Below, piece by piece: positions 35,633-48,444 of a DNA stretch of 64,000 nt. The notes below the pieces were generated by a model, which was given only the letters and a program-made list of their open reading frames with translations, was not told the origin of the DNA and did no database searches. The stretch spans positions 32,736,001 through 32,800,000 of the forward strand of contig NC_042998.1 in NCBI RefSeq assembly GCF_006345805.1. The letters are read 5' to 3'. A program made the position numbers and the translations under genes. The first letter of the stretch is position 1. Each line of letters begins with the position of its first letter. The stretch comes from Octopus sinensis. Lineage: Eukaryota.

Positions 35633-37053
35633 AAAATAAAAAGTAAAAGAGTCAAAAGGAAGAGTAAGTATGGTTAGGCAGCTTTTTAATCACTACAAAT
35701 GTTTCGATACATATGTATGTATATATTTGTATGTGTATCTTTTAATACAAAGCAATATTAAGCAAATACATAAAACATGGAAAGACTACACTCACATTTG
35801 GAATATTTCTTGTTGACACCTGTTGATTCTGGAGTGGGGATGCAAATGTATATTCTTAAAATGCCAGGTCTCTTGGTGTTCAGACTTAAATTATGTTCTG
35901 CTTTGAATAGAAAAGTAAAACAGTGAAAAACCAAAAACTGATTATAGGTATGGTATATTTATAAAAAGTTTTTTTTTTTAATATCTGTTGAATCAAACAT
36001 CATAACGTTTGTTTTAATACCTAAGACAACTTTTTTTACAGTAATACTACATCTTGATTTCAAACTAATCTTATGAAATCCGTTCTATTAATATTTCATC
36101 TATTACACTTTATATTCTCCTAAAACTCTTGTATGGCACTTGCTTCAGTGGAAACATTAGGAAAATAGTAACAATCTTTAATCAGATTAAGTAACAAAAT
36201 AAATAATATATAATGTTGAAAAATCTGTTTCCACTCAGTTAACAAACAACATTAGCCCAGCAATAACCTTTGGCAACTCATCCAGAATTTCCTCTACCTT
36301 TATTATATACATCAAGTTTGCAGTCATATAACATAATATTTGATCGTTATTTTTCTTTCTTTCTCATCTTAATTCCATAAACTTCATGCTAACAAGAGCG
36401 AAATGAAAATTAAAAATTTTTTTTTATTTATAGTTTTGAGCTATCAATTACGAGAACTGTCTCAAGAGTGAAAACAAACTTGAAATATGATGAGTTAAAT
36501 AAATAATAATAAAAAAAAACAATATTCCTTCAAGTTTGAAATGATTCCAAATCCTGTTTCTCTTGAGGGATGAAGTTTATGTATCATCATAAAAGCAGAG
36601 TAATGTTACACAAATGAAGAATAAACCATTTATAATTAAACTGCTTATAACAATTTATGATTTAAATTATTTATAATGGATCGAGCTATTTGTAATATTG
36701 ATTTTTTTCCCCCGCTCTTTGTAGACATGACTGAGAACTGTAAAGAAGTTGATATATTTGATGGATTCAAATTATTATTAAGTACTTCTAAATGTAATGT
36801 TGGGGTCGAGAGAAGTAAAGGGGAACTCGAAATATATGAGTGAAACTCTCTCTTGAGAAACTCTCAAGAACAGCAGAAGGTATTCAGAAAAGAAACCCCA
36901 CTCTGGCAAGAATTTTGGCCCATAACTTCTTACACTCTAAAGGGTCTGGGCCACATCTAAGCCATGACCCCTGGGTGTCCTTCTGCTAACAATTTTTAGC
37001 TACTTGGATATGGAAGACATATGCATTTAAACTGCTTGGAATTTCACCGAGTT

Positions 37054-37349
37054 CATTATTTACATTATTTACATTTGACGGATATTTGTCCCCTTCTTGT
37101 TTGTTATTAACACAAGGTTTCAGCTGATATACCTTCTAACCTTCATCAGATGTCTTGGGGAAATTTCGAACCTGGGTTCTCATTCCTAAGGTATTTTTCG
37201 ATTTTATTATTATTATCATTATTATTCATGTCACTGCCTGGAATCGAATTCGGAATCTTGGGGTTAGTGGCTTTTTACATGCATATGGTGTAGTGGTTAA
37301 GAGCGCAGGCTACTAACCCCAAGATTCTGAGTTCGATTCCAGGCAGTGT

Positions 37350-37391
<42 letters not shown>

Positions 37392-37561
37392 CATCAAAAA
37401 ATACCTGAGGAATGAGAACCCAGGTTCGAAATTTCCCCAAGACACCTGATGAAGGCTGGAGGGTATATCAGCTGGAATGTTAACAACAAACAAGATGAGG
37501 GCAAATATCCATCAAATGTAAATAATGTAAATAATTCCTCATCTCTTAAATATAGAACTGT
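37054..37561. mobile_element. SINE-D head-to-head dimer: minus copy 37054-37270 plus forward copy 37281-37561
   Basis: Degenerate 13-bp TSD atttcaccgagtt (37041-37053) and atttcagctagtt (37562-37574), 11/13 identical. Each arm has a hammerhead-like segment. Confidence 0.88.
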
Positions 37562-37959
37562 ATTTCAGCTAGTTGTCACTCTTCTCCATTGACTCAGCTT
37601 CCAAATTTATATATAACGAAGAAATAATGTTGGTTGTCATCGCAGCAACTAAGTTGTGTAGGGTGCATTCCATGTCTTCCAACCCACCACCCTTAAAGTT
37701 ATTCATAGTATTGTTGTTGTGGTTGTTCTGCTTTAGGTCAACCAGGAGTGAATACCTGCATTCTTGCAAGGCATTTTCATCTTCTTAGGGGTGTCTATGA
37801 CTACATTAGCCAATGTGTTCTTTCTTTTTCTAACATGGTGTGAATAGAGACTTCCTCAATGACTTGTTTGTAATGATGTTTAAAAACTTGATGTGAGGAC
37901 ATTGAAAGAAAATAATAGAACCAACTACGTCAATGTTCTAATATTCTGTTGCTTGAAGG

Positions 37960-38355
37960 TGGTGAGCAGTCAGACACATTAGCATGCCGGGCAAAATGCT
38001 TAGCGGTATTTCGTCTGCCGTTACGTTCTGATTTCAAATTCCACCGAGGTCGACTTTGCTTTTCATCCTTTTGGAATCGACAAATTAAGTACCAGTTAAG
38101 CACTGGGGTTGATGTAATTGACTTAATCCGTTTATCTGTCCTTGTTTGTCTCCTCTATGTTTAGCCCCTTGTGGGTAATAAAGAAATAGGTATTTCGTCT
38201 GTCTTTACGTTCTGAGTTCAAATTCCACCGAGGTTGACTTTGCCTTTCATCCTTTTGGGGTCGATTAAATAAGTACCAGTTGTGTACTAGTATCAATCTA
38301 ACCAACTGGCCCCCTCCTCCAAAAGTTCTGGCTTGTGCCTGGAGTAGAAAAGAAT
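37960..38355 (+). mobile_element. SINE-B, two-unit copy
   Basis: Junction aaagaaataggtatttcgtc, terminal tail cttgtgcctggagtagaaaag. Confidence 0.85.
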
Positions 38356-38587
38356 ATATATATAGCAGATTGGTTTTATGCTTGGATGGTTAGTAACATC
38401 AAATAAATATTAGAAAACTATGCAAATGTTTTGTTTTTGCATAGATCATTCTAGCTTTGCTTGTAGAGAATACATAGACAAAAATAACTTTAAAAGTTTA
38501 CATTTGTTCTTTCTGAATATATTTCATATTTTAAATTAAAATGTTTCATAGTCTTTGTATAAACGTTTCAAATATAAATTGATCCTG

Positions 38588-38745
38588 GAGTAAAGATTAT
38601 TTGCCAACATAACATGGCCGTCCTGGTTTAGGATGAATGTTGCTGTAATTTAGCCCCAGGAGACACCGTTTCCAGCTGACTAAATTACAGCAACATTCGT
38701 CCTAAACCAGGACTGCCATGTTATGTTGGCAAACAATCTTTACTC
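38588..38745. repeat. 66-bp inverted repeat with 26-bp spacer
   Basis: Arms 38588-38653 and 38680-38745 are near-perfect reverse complements. Confidence 0.95.
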
Positions 38746-39722
38746 TAAAGTACTGTTGCTGAATATCTCTCGTGAGAATTACAAATAGTAATTTTCAAAT
38801 AAATTGATCCTATCTTCATCTTGATGTGCTAAGCCCTATCCAAAACTCTCTAACAAAACTTAATCACGTACACTTTAGCAGCAGGCCAACCATTAATTAT
38901 AATTGAAAATAACAAATGAAGTAATTCATTGCTATCAGAAATAAACAATGTAATAGCAAACTATTTGTAGGCGCTACGAGTAGATTTCTTCGTGAAACAT
39001 TTAAAAAGTTTAAGTTGTAGTTTTCTCTGAATATTTATGAATAAGTTTTCTTAACTACTAGAAATTATTTTATACAAAAAAAAAGTAATAATAATAATAA
39101 TAAAATCCTGAAATAAAATGTTTCCTCAGAGCTTGTTATAAGATTTCTTTCAACAAAACTATCCTAAATGTACAAATTTTTTAAAAATTGATATCTTTTA
39201 TTTCAAGAGTTTATTACACAAAAGAAGTATTTATTTTTAAAATGCTAGATAGAATCTGAAATATAAATAAGCAGGAAAAATTTTTTATTATTTACTTTCT
39301 TCAATACTTTGGATAATATAAACCAAAATGTCAAGCACCTAAACTGCATGGATCATTTGAAGCAGGCTGAATGCTGAGTAATTTCCAAGAATGCTTCAAA
39401 TATATAGAAAAGGACAGAATAATTTCATAAAATCACATTTTATTCTATTTTTAGAAACATTAAAGAAAAATTCCATAAAATCAAATTCTATTTTTAGCAG
39501 CATTAAAGATGTAACTTGTTATGCAGAATTTCTGTTTAGAAATTTTAAGATGGAATTTCTGTCTAATGAATATTGAGCACATTTGATAACGAAGCAATTT
39601 AAATTAATGTAAATAGTGATTGATTTCCTCTGTGTTTCTCATAATTGTCTCAGCATCAAAGAAATGTCAATGTGAATCATTTGAAGGAGTAATTAAATTT
39701 AAGGGTATATTGCTGTTCGTTG

Positions 39723-40462
39723 TTGTTGTTGTTGTTGAGCGTAGCGGTCTTCGTCCAGTGGGAGAAGTCCGAAACGTGGGCCTTTGCTATTCGTAAGACC
39801 CCGCAGAAGAGAAAGCAGATCAACCCCTGACACCGAGAGCATCAATAGATGGATGAATGCGCATCCAGACTCAGCGGTTGCATAGGAAGTCTGGGACAAG
39901 AAACAGGAAGAAAGAGTGAGAAAAAGTTGGAGCGAAAGAGTACAACAGGGGTCGCCACCACCCCCTGTCGGAGCCTCGTGGAGCTTTAGGTGGTTTCGAT
40001 CAATAAACACACACAGTACCCGGTCTGGGAATCAAAATCGCGATCCTCCGACCACGAGTCCACTGCCCTAACCATTGGGCCATTGTGCCTCCTGCTGTTG
40101 TTGTTAAGCGTAGCGGTTTTCGTCCAGTGGGAGAAGTCCGAAACATGGTCCTTTGCTATTTGTAAGACCCGCAGAAAAGAAAGCAGATCAGCCTCCTGAC
40201 ACCGAGAGCATCGACGGATGGATGAATGTGCATCCAGGCTCAGCGGTTGCATAGGAAGTCAGTGACAAGAAACAGGAAGAAAGAGTGAGAGAAAGTTGGA
40301 GTGAAAGAGTACAGTAGGGGTCGCCACACACCCCCCTGCTAGAGCCTCATGGAGCTTTAGGTGTTTTTGCTCAATAAACACACACAAAGCCTGTCTGGGA
40401 ATCAAAACCGCAATCCTCCGACCACGAGACCGCTGCCCTAACCATTGGGCCATTGCACCTCC
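39723..40462 (-). mobile_element. SINE-E tandem dimer with (CAA)n tails
   Basis: Units end at 40092 and 40462 with head ggagg..caatggcccaatgg. Flanked by gctgttcgttg at 39712-39722 and 40463-40473. Confidence 0.85.
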
Positions 40463-40591
40463 GCTGTTCGTTGGCTCTGCTTCTTCACCAAAGAGGATGG
40501 AAAAGGTTCAAAGTTAGTTCTAGTAAACATTTGAAGATTTACTTTGATCATCAATTTCATTGTTTTTGACATGATAAACATAAGATCCCAT

Positions 40592-41014
40592 ATAGGCACA
40601 AGAGTGGCTGTGTGGTAAGTAGCTTGCTTACGAACCACATGGTTCCGGGGTTCAGTCCCACTGCGTGACACCTAGGGCAAGTGTTTTCTACTATAGCCTC
40701 AGGCTGACCAAAGCCTTGTGAATGGATTTGGTAGATGGAAACTGAAAGAAGCCCATCGTATATATGTATATATATATATATTATATATATATATATGTGT
40801 GTGTATATGTTTGTGTGTCTGTGCTTGTCCTCCCAACATTGCTTAACAACCGATATTGGTGTGTTTACATCCCCGTAACTTAGCGGTTCAGCAAAAGAGA
40901 CCGATAGAATAAGTACTGGGCTTACAAAGAATAAGTCCCGGGGTCGATTTGCTCGACTAAAGGCAGTGCTCCAGCATGGCCGCAGTCAAATGACTGAAAC
41001 AAGTAAAAGAGTAA
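40592..41014 (+). mobile_element. SINE-A, full length
   Basis: Head, core and tail present. Confidence 0.9.
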
Positions 41015-41199
41015 GTATAGCGTTTATCATTCCTAAATGTCAAAGAAGAGAATAATACATCAAGTTAACCAAGGTTAAATGTTTTGTTGCTAATATATCC
41101 AAAGTAACTTTACTTGTTTTTCTCTGTCTCCATTTTATATTTTGCTTTCCACATTATCATAAATAAGAGCCATATTGCAAATATGACAAACATTATTTC

Positions 41200-41496
41200 A
41201 AGCATTGGGCCTCCTGGAGGTAATGTTTGAGTCCATTTGGCATTATGTTGTGCTTAAGAAGAAGACCCATCAAGCCAAGTAAAACCGCAGTCGTGACAAA
41301 TACTGGTGTCATGCAAATGGCACCCATGCTGGTGGCACGTAAAAGCACTCATGACACTCTCAGAGTGGTTGGCATTAGGAAAGGCATCCAGCCATAGAAA
41401 ACCATGCCAAATCAGACTGGAGTCTTGTGCAGCCTACCAGTTTACCAGCTCTGGTCAAACCGTTCAACCCATGCCAGTATGGACAACGGATATTAA

Positions 41497-41530
<34 letters not shown>
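41200..41530 (+). mobile_element. RTE-3' copy
   Basis: Diagnostic end and (GAT)n. Confidence 0.8.
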
Positions 41531-41532
<2 letters not shown>

Positions 41533-41979
41533 AGTAGCCCTACAGTGTCCAACATAAAATGAACTTGATGGAATAAAAGACATTTTAATGGGTTTGTTTT
41601 GCTTTTCTGAGATGACGGAATCTTTCAGTGTTCAAATGAGTCAAGAATAATTGTTACAAGCTTTAAACTCAAGAGAAGGGAATTTATTTTGTCAAGTAGT
41701 TTAATTTCAAAAACAAACAAAATCAAAATTAACTGAGAAGATCCTTTAAATTGTGGATTGAAATATTAGATGAAGCTGAAGGCAGCAAACCGACAGAATC
41801 TTTAGCATGCTGGACAAATAACTTCATGGCATTTTGTTTGTCCTTATGATCTAGATTCAAATACCACTGGGGTCGATTTTTGTCTTTCAGGCTTTCAGGG
41901 TCAGTACCAGCTGAACATTGGAATCACTGTAATTGATTTATCCCCTCCTCTGAAGCCACTGGCCTTGTGCTGAAATTTG

Positions 41980-42442
41980 TCCATGCCGGTGGCACCTAAA
42001 AGGCACCATTTGAGCGCGGTCATTACCAGTGTCGCTTACTGGCACTCAAGCCCTGTGCTAGTAGGATATTAAGAGCACCATCCGAGCATGATCGTTGCCA
42101 GAATGGCTATCTGGCCTCCATGCCAGTGGCACGTAAAAGATACCATTCGAGCGTGTTCATTACCAGCATCACCTTACTGGCACCTGTGCTGGTGGCATGT
42201 ATAAAAGATTCGAGCGAGGTCGTTGCCAGTACCGCCTGACTGGCCCTGTGCTGGTGACACGTAAAAGCACCCACTACGCTCTTGGAGTGGTTGGCATTAG
42301 GAAGGGCATCCAGCTGTAGAAACTCTGCCAGATCAAGATTGAAGCCTGGTGCAGCCATCTGGTTCACCAGCCCTCAATCAAACTGTCCAACCCATGCTAG
42401 CATGGAAAGTGGACGTTAAACGATGATGATGATGATGATGAT
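41980..42442 (+). mobile_element. RTE-3' copy with multiple sub-repeats, preceded by a degenerate SINE-B (41790-41980)
   Basis: Diagnostic end and (GAT)n. Confidence 0.8.
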
Positions 42443-43229
42443 TAGATGTGGCTAAACCTATTGTTGGCAAAGTAGCCAAAAGGTCCTCGTTCCCTTTTTC
42501 TTGCTTCCTTCTTTTTCCATTTTTGCATGGTGCCAACCAGCAACCCAGCCACCAATGTCAATGATACCATTATCTATAACAATGGAATCATTAATAAAAC
42601 TGTCATTGCATATCGCTCTTATTTATATGAGCATTGACATTTGTAATAACAAGAGTCTACTGGAAGATAAATGGTGATTTTACATTTAGTTTTATAATTG
42701 TAAAACATCATTAAGATAAAATTTTCAAATTGTTGACTGTGAAAGAAGAGCCTTTAGCATGAAATTCATTGAAATCACATTGACTTGTCTGAAAAAAAAC
42801 GAGACTTCAATCTCCAACTGGCTTTTTAAACAAGTTATTTCACAAATTTAGAATTCACAAACAAAACATCTCTAGTGCTATTGTGAGAGACCATTAACCT
42901 TGTTTCTAATTAATACCACTCGGACACTTGTTTAGGAATTATATTGCATGGTTTTTAATTAGCAGAATTACCTTGATAAAAGTTCAGCATTGCAGTGATA
43001 TTTTTTACTTTAATCTGTAACATCCAACTTTCTGTAATTTCTGTCTGGTTGTTGGCAGAGTTCAGTGAACAATAGAATCAGCTGAGCAAAGGACTAAGTG
43101 ACTTAAAACATTTAACTACACCTTTTACATTTTGAGTTCAAATCCTGCTGGTGCACAACTTTACCTCACATTCAAGAGTCAAAATTATAATGAGTTATGT
43201 TCTAGGAATGACTAGATTACTGTACAAAA

Positions 43230-43527
43230 AAAAAACCTCGCCCTTTTCAAGCTTAGCCAGGTTCATGGGCCCGGTTTCCCGGTTTTTGTGGTGTATGTGT
43301 TCCCCCCAGCTGGACGGGATGCCAGTCCATTGCAGCGTTACTCAGGAAACAGGAAGAAAGAGTGAGAGAAATTTGTGGCGAAAGAATACAACAGGGGTCA
43401 CCACCACCCTTTGCTGGAGCCTCGTAGAGCTTTAGATGTTTTCACTCAATAAACACACACAATGCCCGGTCTGGAAATTGAAACCGTGAGCCCGCTGCCC
43501 TAACCACTGGGCCAATTCGCCTCCACC
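43230..43527 (-). mobile_element. SINE-E head with a V-domain-like tail
   Basis: Reverse complement: ggaggcgaattggcccagtgg ... gctgcaatggactggcatcccgtccagc ... gggaaaccgggccc. Confidence 0.7.
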
Positions 43528-43929
43528 AGTTTACTGTACATGTCCCCTAAATTGTGTGGCTTGTACCAAAGTTAAAAATCATTAGTTGATAGGTTGATAT
43601 ATAGATAGGGAGGCTGTTGATAATATTACTTTACAAGTTGCCACAAAAAGCATTTCTAATTTTTGTTACTAATTTTGTATACAACAGTATTTGAGAGAAA
43701 ATAAATTAAAATCTATAAGCTGAAGTCAGGTCGTATGTTGTACCCATTTGCTTAAACTTTTGATAAAACAGATATTAAAAAAAAAGTTTTTATGGAGATG
43801 TACTTGTATAGCAAGTGTTTTGATCTGAGATCTTCAGCTAAACCTAAAGTGATTCCAGCATGAAAGACCCAAGTTAGCCATTCAAAAACATGCAAAGACC
43901 GTTAGCTTCACTTAAACTATTTAGCTGTA

Positions 43930-44270
43930 ATCATCATCATCGCTTAACGTCTGTTTTCCATGCTACCATGGGGTGGACAGTTCAACCAGGGTCTGGGAAG
44001 CCAGAAGGCTGCACCAGGCTCCAGTCTAATCTGGCAGTGTTTCTACAGCTGGATGCCCTTCCTAACGCCAACCACTCCATGAGTGTAGTGGATGCTTTTT
44101 ACGTGCCATCGGCACAGGTGCCAGGTGAGGTTGGCAACGGCCATGATCACTTGGTGCTTTTTATGTGCCACCGGCATGGAAGCCAGTCAAGGCGGTGCTG
44201 GCATTGGCCACATTCGGATGGTGCTTTTTACATGCCACCGGCACAGGTATCACAACTATGATTTCCATTG
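43930..44270 (-). mobile_element. RTE-3' copy
   Basis: (CAT)n followed by the diagnostic end. Confidence 0.85.
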
Positions 44271-44949
44271 ATGATGTTAATATGGTGTCAAAATTTTCAT
44301 TGCTCAAAACAGCAACCGGCTTCATTGATGAAAAATTTTTTCCTGCAGCAATATTCAAGCAACGAAAATTTCGACACCATATTATAAATAAATGTTTAAC
44401 TGAAGATGATGGACTTTGTGTGTTTCTGAATGGCTAACTTATCTCTTTCATGTTGAAATTTCAAAATAGTTATTGTTTTTATTCTTTATTATCCAGTGCA
44501 TTATTAAATGGAAAATGAAAAGAAAGAATGAAGGAAAAATAAGATATTAATTATGTCATGAAAAAAACAAAGCAAAAAAAAAACAAGTGCTTGATAAGAA
44601 AGAATACATAGATTCACAGAGATGAGTTTGTTTTGCATCAATCACCAAGAATTGCAAATTTTCATTTCTGTTTACCTTTTTTATTCTGTTTCAGGTACAG
44701 AACTTAGATTTACCTTTAGCCATTTAATGATCTATTCATTGTTTAAATCTCGAAACAGGGATTTACCACACATGTTGTGATAAGCTTCAGTACTGGAATA
44801 AAAGCAATATTTATCTTTTAATTACTTCAGGAAATTAACTTGAAATTATCGTTATGGCAATTTAAATAGCAATCACAATGAAATCAATGTAAATGATTCC
44901 AGAAAATATTATTATAATTATTTATGAAAAGTAATTAAATGTGTATATA

Positions 44950-45003
<54 letters not shown>

Positions 45004-45004
45004 A

Positions 45005-45528
45005 GTTATCAAGTTGCTGGATCAGGTAATGAAGGTCACGGAGAGGGTCATAGCCCAACTAATTAGGGAGAGAGTCAGTTTGGATGAGATGCAGCTTGGT
45101 TTCATGCCAGGGAAAAGCACCACTGATGCTATATTTCTGGTAAGACAGCTGCAGGAGAAATACCTAGCCAAAGATAAACCTCTATACCTGGCTTTCATTG
45201 ACATGGAAAAAGCCTTTGACAGGGTCTCCTGACCCCTTAGCTGGTGGTCAATGAGGAAACTAGGGATAGATGAATGGTTAGTGAGAGCTGTGTAAGCCAT
45301 GTACAGGGATGCTGTCAGTAAGGCGAGGGTGCTTTTACATGTCGGTGGCATGTAAAAGCACCCACTACACTCTCGAAGTGGTTGGTATTAGGAAGGGCAT
45401 CCAGCTGTAGAAACTCTGCCAAATCAGGCTGGAGCCTGGTGCAGCCATCTGGTTCACCAGTCCTCTGTCAAATCGTCCAACCCATGCTAGCATGGAAAGC
45501 AGATGTTAAACGATGATGATGATGATGA

Positions 45529-45535
<7 letters not shown>
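45005..45535 (+). pseudogene. Internally deleted RTE: N-terminal half of RT fused directly to the 3' end
   Basis: KLLDQVMKVTERVIAQLIRERVSLDEMQLGFMPGKSTTDAIFLVRQLQEKYLAKDKPLYLAFIDMEKAFDRVS, then a jump at about 45330 to ggtggcatgtaaaagcaccc...gatgat. Confidence 0.9.
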
Positions 45536-45574
<39 letters not shown>

Positions 45575-46949
45575 TCAATTCTTTCAATTTCCTACATATT
45601 CTTTGTATACATCAGTATGATTTTACATCATCAACATCATCAACATCATTGTCATCATCATCATTGTTTAATGTCCATTTTCCAAACTGGCAAGGGTTCA
45701 CAAGAGCTGACAAGCCAGAGAACTGTAGCAGGCTCCCGTTTTCTGTTTGGCATGGTTTCCATGGTTGGATGCGCTTCCTAATGCCAACCGCGTTATAGAA
45801 TACACTAAGTGCTTTCTATGTGTCACCAGCATGCGAGATTTTTACATGGTACAATAATGAAAAACATATTTTATTTTCAACATTCAAATCTGTATAAAAT
45901 TTCAAATTAATTTCTTATTGTAAACTCTTTATATAAAGTTTAAAATTATTTAATTTATCTAACCTGTGTAAGAGGTATGTAATTTAGACAAGGTAGGAAA
46001 GTGTCTGTCTTACACTATTTCAATTTATTTCACTCAATAACGAGAGTAAATTCAACTAAAATCAGCTTTGACTTTTGTATGTCTGGGAGTCATTGGAATA
46101 GCTTTAGTGCTTTGTTGGTGTTGGTTTAAATGACTATAAATCACCTGTCCACGTATATCTTAGTCATCAGAAATAGACATCTTGTTAATTTTCTGCATGT
46201 TTGATAAATAGAGGCAATTTCATGAGGTTTCTTGAACAGAATTGTCAATAGTTAATTATCGCTGTTGGTATTGAGAATGCGAATGTGTGAATGAATCTTG
46301 GTATGCATGCCTGTTCCATGTAAAGCAAACTAAATACAGTGTAGTATTGAAACCTAGTGAGTGACCTAGTTTCTACACAATAATCCTCATCAAGAAAGAT
46401 ATCAAACACCGATTCCTTGTGTGCAAGGCTGGATGCTATTTTATTTTATTTTATTTTATTTTATCTAGTTTCAGCTCACGAGCTGTGGCCATGCTGGGGC
46501 ACCGCCCTTTTCTCAAAATATAGTAAGATTTTCAAAATAGTATGATTTTCAAAATATAGTAAGATCGACTGAATTAACCCTAAACATTTAGAGGGAAAGA
46601 GAAAGTTGGGAGAGAGATGAGAGAGAGAGAGAGGGAGAGAGATTTGTTCTAACTGGTTGGAACTGAGAAAATCATGATGCCACATATTGAAAATATCATT
46701 TACTGAAAACTAACAGTTTCAAAGAGAAGAATCGGTCCAAAGTAATGGAGAAATAATGATTTGGTGGTAAAGCAATTTAGAGACCTGTTAGGTATCGTAA
46801 GCTTCATCATTTTCCTTTTTATGTGCATAACTTGGATTCTTTGTGAATTAAGTCATTGAACAGATCTACAAAACTTGCTTGTTAATAAACATAATGCCAA
46901 TGCTTAATGCACAGTTGCAGGAATATACGAATACGAAACTCGGATTTTT

Positions 46950-46980
<31 letters not shown>

Positions 46981-47282
46981 GCCAGTAGCCATGTTTGCTG
47001 AATATAAAACTTGGCTGACGTTGTGTAACTGGTTTTATGACTTGGTTGAGTGAGATGAAAATGGAATTATAATATTTATGAAGATACAGCACTAGTCAAT
47101 GTGGTAGAAGACTAGGAAAAATTTTATACTCATATACATAAATACACCCACTTTACTTAAATACATATATAATCACATAAATTCTATATCTGTGTGTGAG
47201 TGTATGTATATCATCATCATCATCATCATCATCGTTTAACATCTGTTTTCCGCGCTAGCACGGGTTGGACGGTATGTATGTA

Positions 47283-47323
<41 letters not shown>

Positions 47324-47381
47324 GTATGTATGTAAGTATGTATGTATGTATGTGTGTGTGTGTACGTATGTATATATTCTT

Positions 47382-47556
47382 TTATTTGTTTCAGTCATTT
47401 GACAGTGGTCATGCTAAAGCACTGCTTTTAGTCAAACAATTCGACCCCAAGGCCTAGTAATTATTCTATCGGTCTCTTTTGTTGAACTGCTAGGTTACGG
47501 GTACATAAACACACCAGCATTAGGTTGTCAATCGATGTTAGGGGGTACACAAACAT

Positions 47557-47593
<37 letters not shown>

Positions 47594-47755
47594 CGACGGG
47601 CTTCTTTCAATTTCCATCTACCAAATCCATTCACAAGACTTTGGTCAGCCTGAGGCTATAGGAGAAGACACTTGTCTAAGGTGCCATACAGTGAGACTGA
47701 ACCCAGAACCATGTAGTTGGTAAGCGAGCTACTTACGACACAGCCACTCCTGTAC
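47382..47755 (-). mobile_element. SINE-A
   Basis: Tail, core and head strings present. Confidence 0.85.
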
Positions 47756-47763
47756 CTTGTATG

Positions 47764-47794
<31 letters not shown>

Positions 47795-48444
47795 GTGTGT
47801 CTTTCTGTCCTGGGTGTGACTTTAAATTGCATATATTAGTGGAGTTATAGTTCAAGAGTTCCAGTGTTTTGTGGCATTTGGAACCACATTTTAACCACTT
47901 TTGTTCCTGGGTCAACACTGATCTGGTGTATCACCTGTCAGGGTCTCAGCCACTGGTTAATAGCATGTGAGAGGACATTTCACCTGAGCAGGGACAGAGA
48001 AATACCCTTGGCTGGTATCAAGTTACTTGGAAAAAACCACTGGGAGTGATGGACCCCAAACTGTTGTCAAAGCATCGTTCTTGGAGAGGGACACTCTGAT
48101 GTAAAAACTGTGGTTTTAAGGGTCATCTTGCTTTGGCCTGTCACTAGGAATTACTCACAGAAACTCAGAGAATGGTACTCGTGTCATACAAGTGTTCATC
48201 ACTATAATCCAATGACATACAGATGTTTCTTTATGGTGATCTAATTTACTGTTCCATGTCTTGAAAGCCTTAAGGTGATGGAAGAGTCAGTCTGTATATG
48301 TGATGTCTCCTGCTTTTTCCTATCCTATACGAACTACAAGGTTCTATCACACAAATCTAGTTAATTCCATATGACCACCACCCATTGCCACTCTATATAG
48401 TTGTCTACTCTGCTCTCATCAGTTATAATGTCCTTCCTCAGGTC

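Noticed and set aside
37281-37352. Functional tRNA gene (also the other SINE heads)
   Set aside because: A and B boxes are present, but acceptor and anticodon stems do not pair properly and each head runs into a SINE body without a T-run terminator.
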